Assembly (NCBI GenBank): GCA_965368605.1
Contig: CBDUNP010000001.1
Location: 1-41,135 of the forward strand
DNA: 41,135 bases
Direction of reading: 5' to 3'
From: an uncultured bacterium
GTDB lineage: Bacteria > Planctomycetota > Phycisphaerae > Phycisphaerales > Phycisphaeraceae
A program made the position numbers and the translations under genes. Positions 33,025 through 41,135 of the stretch are shown here, piece after piece; the first letter of the stretch is position 1, and every line of letters starts with the position of its first letter. The notes beneath the pieces were generated by a model, which did no database searches, was not told the origin of the DNA, and saw only the letters and a list, made by a program, of their open reading frames with translations.

Positions 33025-35226
33025 ATGCCCCGCCGACTGCTCACCGCCTGTCTGACACTGGTATTCCTGCAGTTTCTTGCCTTGCCCGCACTGGCCCAGG
33101 ACCTGCGCCTCCCTTCGATTATCAGCGACCACATGGTCCTCCAGCGGCACCAGCCCGTCGCCGTCTGGGGCTGGGCCGAGCCCGGCAGCGAGGTCGCCGT
33201 CAGCTTCAAGGGCCAGACGCACACCGCCACCGCCGACGACGCCGGCCGATGGCGCGTTGATCTGGAGTCCATGAACGCCGACGCCGACCCCGCCCAGATG
33301 ACCATCACCAGCGGCGACCAGACACTCACCCTTGACGACATCCTCGTCGGCGAGGTCTGGCTCTGCTCCGGCCAATCCAACATGGAATGGTCCGTCCAGC
33401 GCTCCGACAACGCCGAGCAGGAAATCGCCGCCGCCAACTGGCCACAGATCCGACACATCAAAGCCCCCCACCGCCCTTCCATGACGCCGATGGACGACAT
33501 CGACGCCCAGTGGCAGGTCTGCTCACCCGACACCGCCGCCGCCTTCACCGCCGTCGGCTACTACTTCGGCAGACAGCTTCATAGAGAACTCAACGTTCCC
33601 ATCGGTCTGATTAACTGCTCCTGGGGTGGCACCCTCATCGAACCGTGGATCCCCCTCAGCGGGTTCGCGGCCGTGCCCGAACTGAAAGATCAATACGGGG
33701 AGATCGCCGCGAAACAGCCGGATTCACCTGCGTATAAGGCCCTCGCCTCTGCTTACATGGAAGAACTGAACCGCTGGCTCGACGCATCAAAGAAGCAGGT
33801 AACAGAACAGGAACCACTCGCCGAGCCCCCCGCATTCCCCGACCAACTTAAGCCGTATACAAGCCATCAATCCCCCACCGTGCTGTTCAACGGCATGCTA
33901 CAACCGTTCATCCCCTACACCCTACGCGGATCGATCTGGTATCAGGGCGAGTCTAACCGCGCACGCGGCATGCAGTACCTCGATTACACACGCGCACAGC
34001 TTCTGGGCTGGCGTGCATACTGGGAACGTCCCGATCTGCCCTACTACTACGTCCAGATCGCCCCCTACCAATACGGCGACGACCACCCCCATGAGCTCCC
34101 GCGATTCTGGGAGGCCCAGGCTCAGATCGAGAAGCAGATCCCCCACACCGGCATGGTCGTCATCCACGACATCGGCAACCTCAACGACATCCATCCGGGC
34201 AATAAGCAGGGCGTCGGCAAACGCCTGGCCAACATGGCCCTGAAGCGAACGTACGGCCGCAGCGAGATCATCGATTCGGGCCCACGTTTTGAATCGATGC
34301 GGGTCGAAGGGGATAAGCTCCTGCTGAACTTCAGCCATGCGGCCGACGGGCTGGCAAGTCGCGACGGCGAGGCACTTAATTGGTTCGAGATCGCCGGCGA
34401 GGCCGAGCCATGGACCGAGGCCACCGCGGAGATTGTGGCACCGGACACGATCGCCGTGTCCGCCGAGGGGATCAGCACCCCCGTCGCCGTCCGCTTCGCA
34501 TGGCACAAGCTGGCCGAGCCCAACCTCGTGAACAGCGCGGACCTGCCCGCCGCCCCGTTCCGTGCGGGCGAGCCGCCGAAGATCGACTTCCTCTCGCTCA
34601 ACGTCCCCGACAGCCACGATTATGAGCTGATCTACGAGGCCGACCTGAACCAACTTGGCCATTCCGTCGAGTACATTATCAACAACGCCCCCGCATTCGC
34701 CGGCAGCTTCGACCGCGTCGCCTACTTCATCCAGATGAGCAACGAAGAGGAAACCGAGGGCCAATGGGTCTACGTCTCGATGGATGCGTTCACCGACGAC
34801 CTGACGAAGATCGGGATACCGACGCTGGATTCGGGGATCCTGTTCCAGCAGCCCGTTCACAACATGGTGGTCAACTCCAATGTCTGGCGAGTCCCGAATC
34901 GTGGCGGCCTCACGGGCAACATCGAGTTCTGGCCGAACAACTACGGGAAGTCCAACGCCGCCGGCGTCCCGGACGCCCTGGGGTCCGCCTACGACAACGG
35001 GGACCAGATCAACACCAACACCCCCGACGGCTACGGCTGCATGCAGGTGCATACCACCAAGCCCACCGTCACCATCTTCGCGCTGAACAACTGGAAGAAC
35101 AGCCCGTTCGACCTGGGGATCGGGACCAACAACGAGGGCGGCGAACTCGACTGGACCTTCACCAAGTCTTCCGACCGCTACAAGTTCAAACGCATGAAGG
35201 TCCTCGTCCGCCCCTCGAAGCCCTGA
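33025..35226 (+). CDS. Secreted SASA-family (sialate 9-O-acetylesterase-like, SGNH/DUF303) carbohydrate esterase with an extra ~215 aa C-terminal domain
   Basis: An AGGAGG sequence sits 8 nt before the ATG. The signal peptide is MPRRLLTACLTLVFLQFLALPALAQD. The core contains LPSIISDHMVLQR, GEVWLCSGQSNMEW, GSIWYQGESN and the end-of-family motif PNLVNSADLPAAPFRAGE. An uncharacterised domain then runs to the stop codon. Confidence 0.8.
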   Translation: MPRRLLTACLTLVFLQFLALPALAQDLRLPSIISDHMVLQRHQPVAVWGWAEPGSEVAVSFKGQTHTATADDAGRWRVDLESMNADADPAQMTITSGDQTLTLDDILVGEVWLCSGQSNMEWSVQRSDNAEQEIAAANWPQIRHIKAPHRPSMTPMDDIDAQWQVCSPDTAAAFTAVGYYFGRQLHRELNVPIGLINCSWGGTLIEPWIPLSGFAAVPELKDQYGEIAAKQPDSPAYKALASAYMEELNRWLDASKKQVTEQEPLAEPPAFPDQLKPYTSHQSPTVLFNGMLQPFIPYTLRGSIWYQGESNRARGMQYLDYTRAQLLGWRAYWERPDLPYYYVQIAPYQYGDDHPHELPRFWEAQAQIEKQIPHTGMVVIHDIGNLNDIHPGNKQGVGKRLANMALKRTYGRSEIIDSGPRFESMRVEGDKLLLNFSHAADGLASRDGEALNWFEIAGEAEPWTEATAEIVAPDTIAVSAEGISTPVAVRFAWHKLAEPNLVNSADLPAAPFRAGEPPKIDFLSLNVPDSHDYELIYEADLNQLGHSVEYIINNAPAFAGSFDRVAYFIQMSNEEETEGQWVYVSMDAFTDDLTKIGIPTLDSGILFQQPVHNMVVNSNVWRVPNRGGLTGNIEFWPNNYGKSNAAGVPDALGSAYDNGDQINTNTPDGYGCMQVHTTKPTVTIFALNNWKNSPFDLGIGTNNEGGELDWTFTKSSDRYKFKRMKVLVRPSKP

Positions 35227-36558
35227 TCATCCGGGCAGTTTGATCAACGCGTGATACCCGCCGTCCTGGTAGTCCGTCACCCGGCCGGCCGGCCAGACCT
35301 GCTGCTCGTGGATGATCTCTCCCTTGACGATCCCCGCCAACCACTGCGCCTGCGCCCCGTTTTCCTCGTGTTCCAGGCTGCACGTGCTGTAGAGGATCAC
35401 GCCGCCGGGGCCGACCCACGGGGCCGACCGCCTTGCGATCTGCCGCTGCAGCGCGACCAGCGAACTCATCGCCTTGTGGTCAAACCGGTACCGCGCCTCG
35501 GGCCGACGCGCCAGCACCGCCGTGTTCGAGCAGGGCACGTCCAGCACCAACAAATCCAGCTTGTTACTCGGCTCGCTCTCCGGCCCGACCACCTTCACAT
35601 GATCCAACCCGTGCACCGATCCGCGAAGCGCCGCCCGCCTTGCGTCATCGACATCGGTCGCGCCGATCGTCGCGCCGGGATGCATCGCCGCGAGTTGCCG
35701 GGTCTTCGTCCCGCGCCCGGCACAGTAGTCCAGCGCCAGCTTCACGTTCAGGTCGCCGGTGCTCAGGATCGGCTTGGATGACGCCGGGTCCTGTACACGC
35801 CGGGCGTCGTGCGCCTTGATAAAGTCCTGCAACCCCGCGTGCCCGCCGCGCCAGACGATAAAGCCCTCCTGGTCGTGCGGCTGATACTGCTCGGTCGCCT
35901 CGCGTTCAAAGCCCGGCTCGACCGCCACGATCACCGGCGCCGCCAGCCCCCCATGCAGGCAGTACTCGATCGTCTTCGCCTCGCCGAACGCCGTCATCCA
36001 CCGGTTGATCAGGTACATCGGGTGACTGGTCGCGACCCCCAGGTGCCTGGCCGTCCGGTCCGTCACAGGCAGCAGGTCGCCGGAAAGCCTCACGCACCCG
36101 CCGTCCACCGGCAGCAGGTCGCGTGCCGGCTCCCAGGCCAGCCCCGGCTCCACCCCCGACACCATCTCCGCCACCTTCCGCAGCACCGCGTTCACCATCG
36201 CCGCCGCCCCGGCCCGGATGTGCTGACGCGCATACGTCACCTGCTCATCCACCACCGCATGCACCGGCAAACGATCCATAAAAATCAGCTGCGCCGCACC
36301 CGTCAGCAGCACCCCCTGCATCGCGGGCTCCATCTTTTCCAATGGCTTCTCTAACGCCTTATTCAGCAGAAACTCCAGCGTGATCCACCGCTGAAGCGTC
36401 GTGCGCTGGATCGCCAGCGCCAGCGCAGCGTCCTGCGGGCTCAGCCCCGACGTGTTTAACGTCACGGCCGGGAGGTCGGGAAAACGTTTGGCGGCGCTAC
36501 CCAGCGATGCCGCGGCGGCACCCCGGGCGCTACGCGAGCGGGTCGATGGTCCTTGCAT
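35227..36558 (-). CDS. rsmB: 16S rRNA (cytosine-C5)-methyltransferase, RsmB/Sun family
   Basis: An N-terminal NusB-like region is followed by the SAM-methyltransferase core LDYCAGRGTKTRQLA, DVPCSNTAVLARRPEARYRF and ILYSTCSLEHEEN, which carry the catalytic Cys motifs. Confidence 0.8.
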   Translation of the reverse strand: MQGPSTRSRSARGAAAASLGSAAKRFPDLPAVTLNTSGLSPQDAALALAIQRTTLQRWITLEFLLNKALEKPLEKMEPAMQGVLLTGAAQLIFMDRLPVHAVVDEQVTYARQHIRAGAAAMVNAVLRKVAEMVSGVEPGLAWEPARDLLPVDGGCVRLSGDLLPVTDRTARHLGVATSHPMYLINRWMTAFGEAKTIEYCLHGGLAAPVIVAVEPGFEREATEQYQPHDQEGFIVWRGGHAGLQDFIKAHDARRVQDPASSKPILSTGDLNVKLALDYCAGRGTKTRQLAAMHPGATIGATDVDDARRAALRGSVHGLDHVKVVGPESEPSNKLDLLVLDVPCSNTAVLARRPEARYRFDHKAMSSLVALQRQIARRSAPWVGPGGVILYSTCSLEHEENGAQAQWLAGIVKGEIIHEQQVWPAGRVTDYQDGGYHALIKLPG

Positions 36559-36708
36559 ATCGATAGATCATACGGAATCTAAAAAAGATGTGTACACGCC
36601 CCCAAAAACATTCCATCTCCCCCCTCAGCCCCCGGCTCTGCCGGAGGATTCCCACTCCGTCATCAACCCCACCCCGAATCCCCGCCTCTTATTGCAACCG
36701 CCCCAATA

Positions 36709-38412
36709 CTACTTGCCGCCGTCCTTGGGCGACTCGACCGGCACGATCCCCAACGCCTTGTAGACCTCCTCAAACAACTGGTCCACCTTGAACGGCTTGA
36801 ACATCACGCTGGACAACCCGTCCTGGCTGGCACGCACGATCGAGTGGTGCGGGTCGTAACCAAACCCCGTCATCAAAACCACCGGCATGTCGTCGCGCTG
36901 ACGACGCGCCGCGGCGAACACCTCGTAACCATTGCGGTAGGGCATCTTGATGTCCGAGATCACCAGGTCGAACGGGTCCTGCTCCAGCATCGTGCAGCTC
37001 TCGTACCCGTCCTTACACACCTCGACGATGCACCCGGCCTTGCGCAGGATACTGCTGATCGAGTTGCGGATGTTCGGCTCGTCGTCCGCGACCAGCACAC
37101 GCTTGCCCTTGAGGTTCGCGTCCACCCCGACCGCCGCGTGCTCCTTCTCGCCCAGCACGACGTTCGGCCCGGCGGCGACGTGCTTCACCGAGTCACGGAT
37201 ACGCTCGACGTTGTCAACGATCCGATTCAGCCGGCCACGCATCGTGTCGTCGCCGATGTACTCTTCCATCAGCGTCCGCGCCTCGGTCACGATGTCCGCC
37301 ATCGGCTTAGACATCTCCTGCACCACGCTCTCGGTGATCTGCCCGCTGATCGCGCAGCGCTCGGTCACCAGCAGGTCCAGGATGTTCAACGCCATCCCGA
37401 CGTACCGCCCGAAGATTTCTGCGAACTGCCGGTCGTCCTCGTTGAACGCCCCGACCTCGTCCGACTCGATGTTGTAGATCCCCACGACCTTATCAAACAG
37501 CTTCAAAGGCACGGTCAGCGAGCTCTTGCAGTGACGCAGGCCCAGCACGTACCGCGGGTCTTTCTCCGTGTCGTGGCAGATGTAGCTGCGCCCGGTCGCC
37601 GCGACATAACCGCTGATCCCGTTGCCCTCCGGCTGTGCGTAGAGGTCGATCTCCAACGCCTCGCTGGGGAGCCCCTCGGAGATGACCACCTCCAGCTTGC
37701 TGCTGCGCTTATCCAAGAGCCGGACCGCGAAGTGATCGAACCGCATCAGCTTCTTGGAGTACTTGATGATCTTCTCTTCAAGCAGCTTCAGGCGTTCGCT
37801 GGGCGAGAGCTTCGCCACCACGTCGGTCTCGATCCGCGACAGCTCGCGCCCCGCCGAGTCGATCGCGTCGATCTTGCCCTGGAGCATCCGGCCGCTGGTC
37901 GCGTCCCAGACCACCGCCACCACCTGCTGCACCTCGCCGGAGTCCATCACGACCGGCGAGCAGATCAGTTCGTAATAATTGTCTTCCACCTGGAACGTGT
38001 ACTTCTTGCTGCGCGGGCTGGACACGTCCGTGATCGGCCCGGACTGCGTCGAGAACACCGTCAGCGCCTGCACACACACCTGCCGGACGTGCTCGCTGAC
38101 CGTCGGCGTGAAGCTGCGCATCTTCCGGTTCGACCAGGTCGTCTGCCCGCTGGGGTCGACGATACACACGCCCTCGCCGATCGTGTTCAGCACCAGGCTC
38201 GACTTCTCGCCGACCAGCGCGCGCTCAAGCGGCAGGAAGTCGCCGACGTCCGCAAACACCGCCTGGTACGAGTGCGTACGCAGCGCAGCCATCGCCTGGT
38301 CCATCTCCTCAAACACATCCACATGAAAGTTCTGGCGCAGGTCATCCGTGACCGGGAAGTCCCGTGTCACGTTCCCGGCAAGAATCAGGATACGCGGGCG
38401 ATTATCATCCAT
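36709..38412 (-). CDS. Multidomain signalling protein: N-terminal receiver-like fragment, PAS, GAF, degenerate DHp-like helix, and a complete C-terminal receiver (REC); no recognisable output or ATPase domain
   Basis: The REC domain (aa ~438-555) reads KRVLVADDEP...DLVISDIKMP...VVLMTGF...MFKPF and keeps all the phospho-acceptor residues. The GAF domain (aa ~205-345) reads ...GISGYVAATGRSYICHDTEKDPRY...SSLTVPL....VVGIYNIES. The PAS domain (aa ~70-180) reads LNTIGEGVCIVDPSGQTTWSN. Confidence 0.75.
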   Translation of the reverse strand: MDDNRPRILILAGNVTRDFPVTDDLRQNFHVDVFEEMDQAMAALRTHSYQAVFADVGDFLPLERALVGEKSSLVLNTIGEGVCIVDPSGQTTWSNRKMRSFTPTVSEHVRQVCVQALTVFSTQSGPITDVSSPRSKKYTFQVEDNYYELICSPVVMDSGEVQQVVAVVWDATSGRMLQGKIDAIDSAGRELSRIETDVVAKLSPSERLKLLEEKIIKYSKKLMRFDHFAVRLLDKRSSKLEVVISEGLPSEALEIDLYAQPEGNGISGYVAATGRSYICHDTEKDPRYVLGLRHCKSSLTVPLKLFDKVVGIYNIESDEVGAFNEDDRQFAEIFGRYVGMALNILDLLVTERCAISGQITESVVQEMSKPMADIVTEARTLMEEYIGDDTMRGRLNRIVDNVERIRDSVKHVAAGPNVVLGEKEHAAVGVDANLKGKRVLVADDEPNIRNSISSILRKAGCIVEVCKDGYESCTMLEQDPFDLVISDIKMPYRNGYEVFAAARRQRDDMPVVLMTGFGYDPHHSIVRASQDGLSSVMFKPFKVDQLFEEVYKALGIVPVESPKDGGK

Positions 38413-38544
38413 ACACTATCCACCTGGCCTATGGTAAAAACACATCAGATACCTCAGCCGGTCTAATATCGAGCCTTACAAGGCCAACCCATGATTTTAC
38501 CTGCCTGAAAAACGGATTCAATTAAAATCCCGGTATTCAGGGCA

Positions 38545-39570
38545 TTATAGACGCCGCGACACCACCGAGTCCGCCAGCCCCAGCATATACGCCCTCGCCG
38601 GCGTGTCGGACAGGTTCTCGATCAGCCCGGTTTTGGCCCGTCCGACCAGCGAGGCCGCTTTTTCTCGGGCGTACTCCAGCGACGCACCCCCGTGCAAAAT
38701 CTCGCGAACCCGCTGGATATTCTCACGCATCTGAGTTTCCGATAACCCGCCACGCGATTGCATCTCCAACAGCCCGACCAACTCGCCCCGCGCCACCTGG
38801 TCCCCGGCATTGATCGCGTGGATCATCGGCAGCGTCAGCTTACCCTTGGCGATGTCCTGCCCCAGCGTCTTGCCCACCGTCTCCTGATCGCCGGTCAGGT
38901 CCAGCACGTCATCGATAATCTGGAACGCGATCCCCAGTGTTTCGCCGTAGTCATACAACGCATCCACCACGTTCGCCGGGCTGTCGCTCAGCTCCGCCGC
39001 GACCCGGCAACACGCCCCGCACAGGCTCGCCGTCTTGCGTCGGATAATCTCGAAGTACGTCTTCTCGTCGAGCCCAAGCTCGTGCCGGTTGGACAACTGC
39101 AGCAGCTCGCCCTCGCAGACCGTGTTCGTCGCGTGCGCGATCAGTCGGCTGATCTGCGTGCTGCCCAGCGAAGTACACAGATGATACGCGTGGCTGATCA
39201 GGTAATCGCCCAGCATCACCGCCGCCTCGTTGCCGCGCAGATGATTGATCGTCGCCCCCTGCCGGCGCATCGCCGCGTCGTCCAGCACGTCGTCGTGCAC
39301 CAGCGTCGCCATGTGGACCATCTCGACCACCGCCGCCGCGACCAGGTGCTTCCGGGCCGTCGCCTTGGCCCCCGGCTCGATCGCCATCGCCGTGGCCAGC
39401 ACCAGCATCGGCCGGAGCATCTTCCCGTGGTACCGCTGGGCGTGCTCCGCCAGCTCGTTGACACACCCAAGGTCGCTGACCAGTTCCTCCGCAAAAAGGC
39501 GCCTGACCTCTTTCAGATCGGCGTCCAGCCTGGCCCGGAGCGTGTTGTCTTGCGATGCGAGTACGGACAT
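38545..39570 (-). CDS. Long-chain trans-polyprenyl diphosphate synthase (IspB/HepT-like)
   Basis: The first Asp-rich motif is LVHDDVLDDAAMRRG and the second is FQIIDDVLD. The length is typical of octaprenyl/heptaprenyl diphosphate synthases. Confidence 0.85.
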   Translation of the reverse strand: MSVLASQDNTLRARLDADLKEVRRLFAEELVSDLGCVNELAEHAQRYHGKMLRPMLVLATAMAIEPGAKATARKHLVAAAVVEMVHMATLVHDDVLDDAAMRRQGATINHLRGNEAAVMLGDYLISHAYHLCTSLGSTQISRLIAHATNTVCEGELLQLSNRHELGLDEKTYFEIIRRKTASLCGACCRVAAELSDSPANVVDALYDYGETLGIAFQIIDDVLDLTGDQETVGKTLGQDIAKGKLTLPMIHAINAGDQVARGELVGLLEMQSRGGLSETQMRENIQRVREILHGGASLEYAREKAASLVGRAKTGLIENLSDTPARAYMLGLADSVVSRRL

Positions 39571-39797
39571 CCAAGGGGTCCTGAAACCTAATAAACGGAG
39601 TAATGCCAGATTGTAGCGGCCCCCCGCCCGCCCTGCTTACCCGGCTGTCATATCATAATAATCGATCCCCGGGCTCACTACATTTTAAGTTGACAGGGTT
39701 TGCGCCCGATTCTACTGTCGATACAATACCTTGGGCCATCCACCGGACGGACGGCCTTGTACGACGGATCGTCAACCCGTAACGCGCCTCTCTACCG

Positions 39798-41063
39798 ATG
39801 AACCAATCCAACGAAACCAGCTCCGACACGCTGTTGGGCAAACTCCTGGTTGAGAGAGGCCTGGCCACCCAGGAAGATATCCAGTCCTGCATCCAGATGC
39901 AGCGCGAGGTTTCCCTGGAATCCAGCGTCGCCGGCGAATCCGAGCCCCCCAACCACCGCAGCCTCGCCCAGATCGTCGTCGATGAGGGCGTCGTCACCCA
40001 GAAACAGATCGAACGCATCCGCCCGGAAGTCGAAGAGCAGAGCGGCAAGCGCGTCATCCCCGACTACCAGATCCTCGAACGCCTGGGCGCAGGCGCGATG
40101 GCCACCGTCTACAAGGCCCGCCAGCTCAAGCTCGACCGCATGGTCGCCATCAAGGTCCTCCCCAAGAAGCACTCCAACAACAAAGACTTCGTCCGCCGGT
40201 TCTTCGACGAGGGCAAGGCCGCCGCCAAGCTCAACCACCCCAACATCGTCGGCGCGATCGACGTCGGCCAGGCCGGCGAAACCTACTACTTCGTCATGGA
40301 ATACGTCGAGGGCCGAAGCGTCTTCGAAGACATCCAGGAGAAGGGCCCCTACTCCGAAGCCGACGCCCTCAAGCTCACCATCGACATCGCCCGCGCCCTG
40401 GAACACGCCCACAAGGCCGGCTTCATCCACCGCGACGTCAAGCCTAAAAACATCATGCTCACCGGCGACAACATCGCCAAGCTCGCCGACATGGGCCTCG
40501 CCCGCGCCGTCTCCGACCGTGAGGCCGCCGAGGCCGAGGCAGGTAAAGCCTTCGGCACCCCGTACTATATCTCCCCCGAACAGATCAAAGGCAAGATGGA
40601 CGTCGACAAACGCGCCGACATCTACAGCCTCGGGTGCACCCTCTACCACATGGTCACCGGGAAAGTCCCTTTCGACGGGCCCAACCCCTCCACCGTCATG
40701 CGCAAGCACCTGGACACCGACCTCACCCCCGTCGACCACATCAACCACGACCTGACCAAAGGCCTCGCCGAGATCATCGAGGTCTGCATGGCCAAGGACC
40801 GCAACCAGCGCTACGCCACCGCCGGCGACCTGCTCCAGGACCTCGAAGCCGTCGCCCGAGGCGAAGCCCCCCCGCTGGCCCGCAAGATGTTCGACCTCTC
40901 CGAGCTCTCCGCACTCGATCAGAGCAACGCCCCCCTGGAAATCGTCTCGCTCCCCCAGGCCGAGCCCCTCATCGAGTCCCCCCTCTTCTGGGTCGCCGCG
41001 ATCGGCTGGTTCGGCGTCGTCCTCCTGCTGATCATCCTCCTGGTCACCCTCGCCGCCCAATAA
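39798..41063 (+). CDS. Ser/Thr protein kinase (Hanks type) with an N-terminal T2SSE_N/MshEN-like helical motif pair and a C-terminal TM anchor
   Basis: The kinase core contains LGAGAMATVYKA, VAIKVL, HRDVKPKNIML, DMGLAR and GTPYYISPEQ. The N-terminus contains LLGKLLVERGLATQEDIQSCIQMQ and SLAQIVVDEGVVTQKQIERI. The C-terminus contains LFWVAAIGWFGVVLLLIILLVTLAA. Confidence 0.88.
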   Translation: MNQSNETSSDTLLGKLLVERGLATQEDIQSCIQMQREVSLESSVAGESEPPNHRSLAQIVVDEGVVTQKQIERIRPEVEEQSGKRVIPDYQILERLGAGAMATVYKARQLKLDRMVAIKVLPKKHSNNKDFVRRFFDEGKAAAKLNHPNIVGAIDVGQAGETYYFVMEYVEGRSVFEDIQEKGPYSEADALKLTIDIARALEHAHKAGFIHRDVKPKNIMLTGDNIAKLADMGLARAVSDREAAEAEAGKAFGTPYYISPEQIKGKMDVDKRADIYSLGCTLYHMVTGKVPFDGPNPSTVMRKHLDTDLTPVDHINHDLTKGLAEIIEVCMAKDRNQRYATAGDLLQDLEAVARGEAPPLARKMFDLSELSALDQSNAPLEIVSLPQAEPLIESPLFWVAAIGWFGVVLLLIILLVTLAAQ

Positions 41064-41099
41064 CACCCGCCTCACCCCCACACACCACACCCCCCGAAG

Positions 41100-41120
41100 C
41101 CCACGTTCTCCGAACGTGGG
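41100..41120 (+). other. Stem-loop downstream of the kinase gene
   Basis: The sequence is CCCACGTT-CTCCG-AACGTGGG, 37 nt after the stop codon. No T-tract follows, so it is not a classical intrinsic terminator. Confidence 0.35.
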
Positions 41121-41135
41121 TCTCCCCCCTCACTT

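Noticed and set aside
33922-35052. 376-aa minus-strand ORF inside the esterase gene, plus the 32923..33548 minus-strand ORFs over its 5' end
   Set aside because: These are antisense shadow ORFs with Gly/Val/Asp-rich nonsense composition. The plus-strand esterase has a Shine-Dalgarno sequence, a signal peptide and family motifs.
36844-38466. 540-aa plus-strand ORF antisense to the PAS-GAF-REC gene
   Set aside because: This is a shadow ORF, and the opposite strand encodes clear PAS, GAF and REC domains.
39792-41090. 432-aa minus-strand ORF opposite the Ser/Thr kinase gene
   Set aside because: This is a shadow ORF with Gly/Asp/Val/Glu-rich low-complexity sequence. The plus-strand kinase has every Hanks motif.
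1-41135. Looked for mobile elements, CRISPR arrays, toxin-antitoxin pairs, restriction-modification or other defence systems, and rRNA/tRNA genes
   Set aside because: None was found. All sizeable ORFs are accounted for by housekeeping, envelope or signalling genes. There are no direct-repeat/spacer arrays, no inverted terminal repeats and no transposase- or integrase-like proteins.

Overview
This is a GC-rich bacterial chromosomal segment, roughly 60-65% G+C by eye. I call 49 protein genes, and 47 of them are on the minus strand, which suggests that strand is the leading strand. The centre of the window (32230 down to 15860, minus strand) is the S10-spc-alpha ribosomal-protein supercluster. 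Its order is rpsJ-rplC-rplD-rplW-rplB-rpsS-rplV-rpsC-rplP-rpmC-rpsQ-rplN-rplX-rplE-rpsN-rpsH-rplF-rplR-rpsE-rplO-secY-map-infA-rpmJ-rpsM-rpsK-rpoA-rplQ. rpmJ falls below the ORF-track size cutoff and was translated by hand. rpsD, rpmD and adk are missing from their canonical slots. Downstream on the same strand lie surE, mgtE, holA, an unknown lipoprotein, pyrR-pyrB and gmk. Next come an LPS inner-core trio (membrane-anchored GmhB fusion, GT9 heptosyltransferase, GT4 glycosyltransferase) and a detached rpsL-rpsG pair that ends in a strong intrinsic terminator with no fusA or tuf. A PEP-CTERM secreted phosphodiester glycosidase follows. At the left edge a textbook SAM-I riboswitch with a terminator expression platform precedes a threonine-synthase-like gene and a GG-terminated MoaD/ThiS-like sulfur carrier. 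The right side holds a DUF151 bifunctional-nuclease-family gene, a secreted SASA-family O-acetylesterase (+), rsmB, a PAS-GAF-receiver signalling protein, a polyprenyl diphosphate synthase and a membrane-anchored Ser/Thr kinase (+). I found no tRNA or rRNA genes, CRISPR arrays, transposases, integrases, prophage genes or recognisable defence systems, so this is mostly core housekeeping DNA. The most interesting item is the SAM-riboswitch / ThrC-like / sulfur-carrier operon, a candidate protein-thiocarboxylate route to homocysteine. Secondary curiosities are a recurring GCTAA-heptad/Shine-Dalgarno cassette between ribosomal-protein genes, unusually long structured intercistronic spacers, minus-strand G-run (G-quadruplex-type) tracts at operon boundaries, and several unusual domain fusions. 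The PEP-CTERM tag, kinase architecture and LPS genes fit a Gram-negative PVC-type organism such as a Planctomycetota/Phycisphaerae-like lineage, but that taxonomic guess is low confidence.
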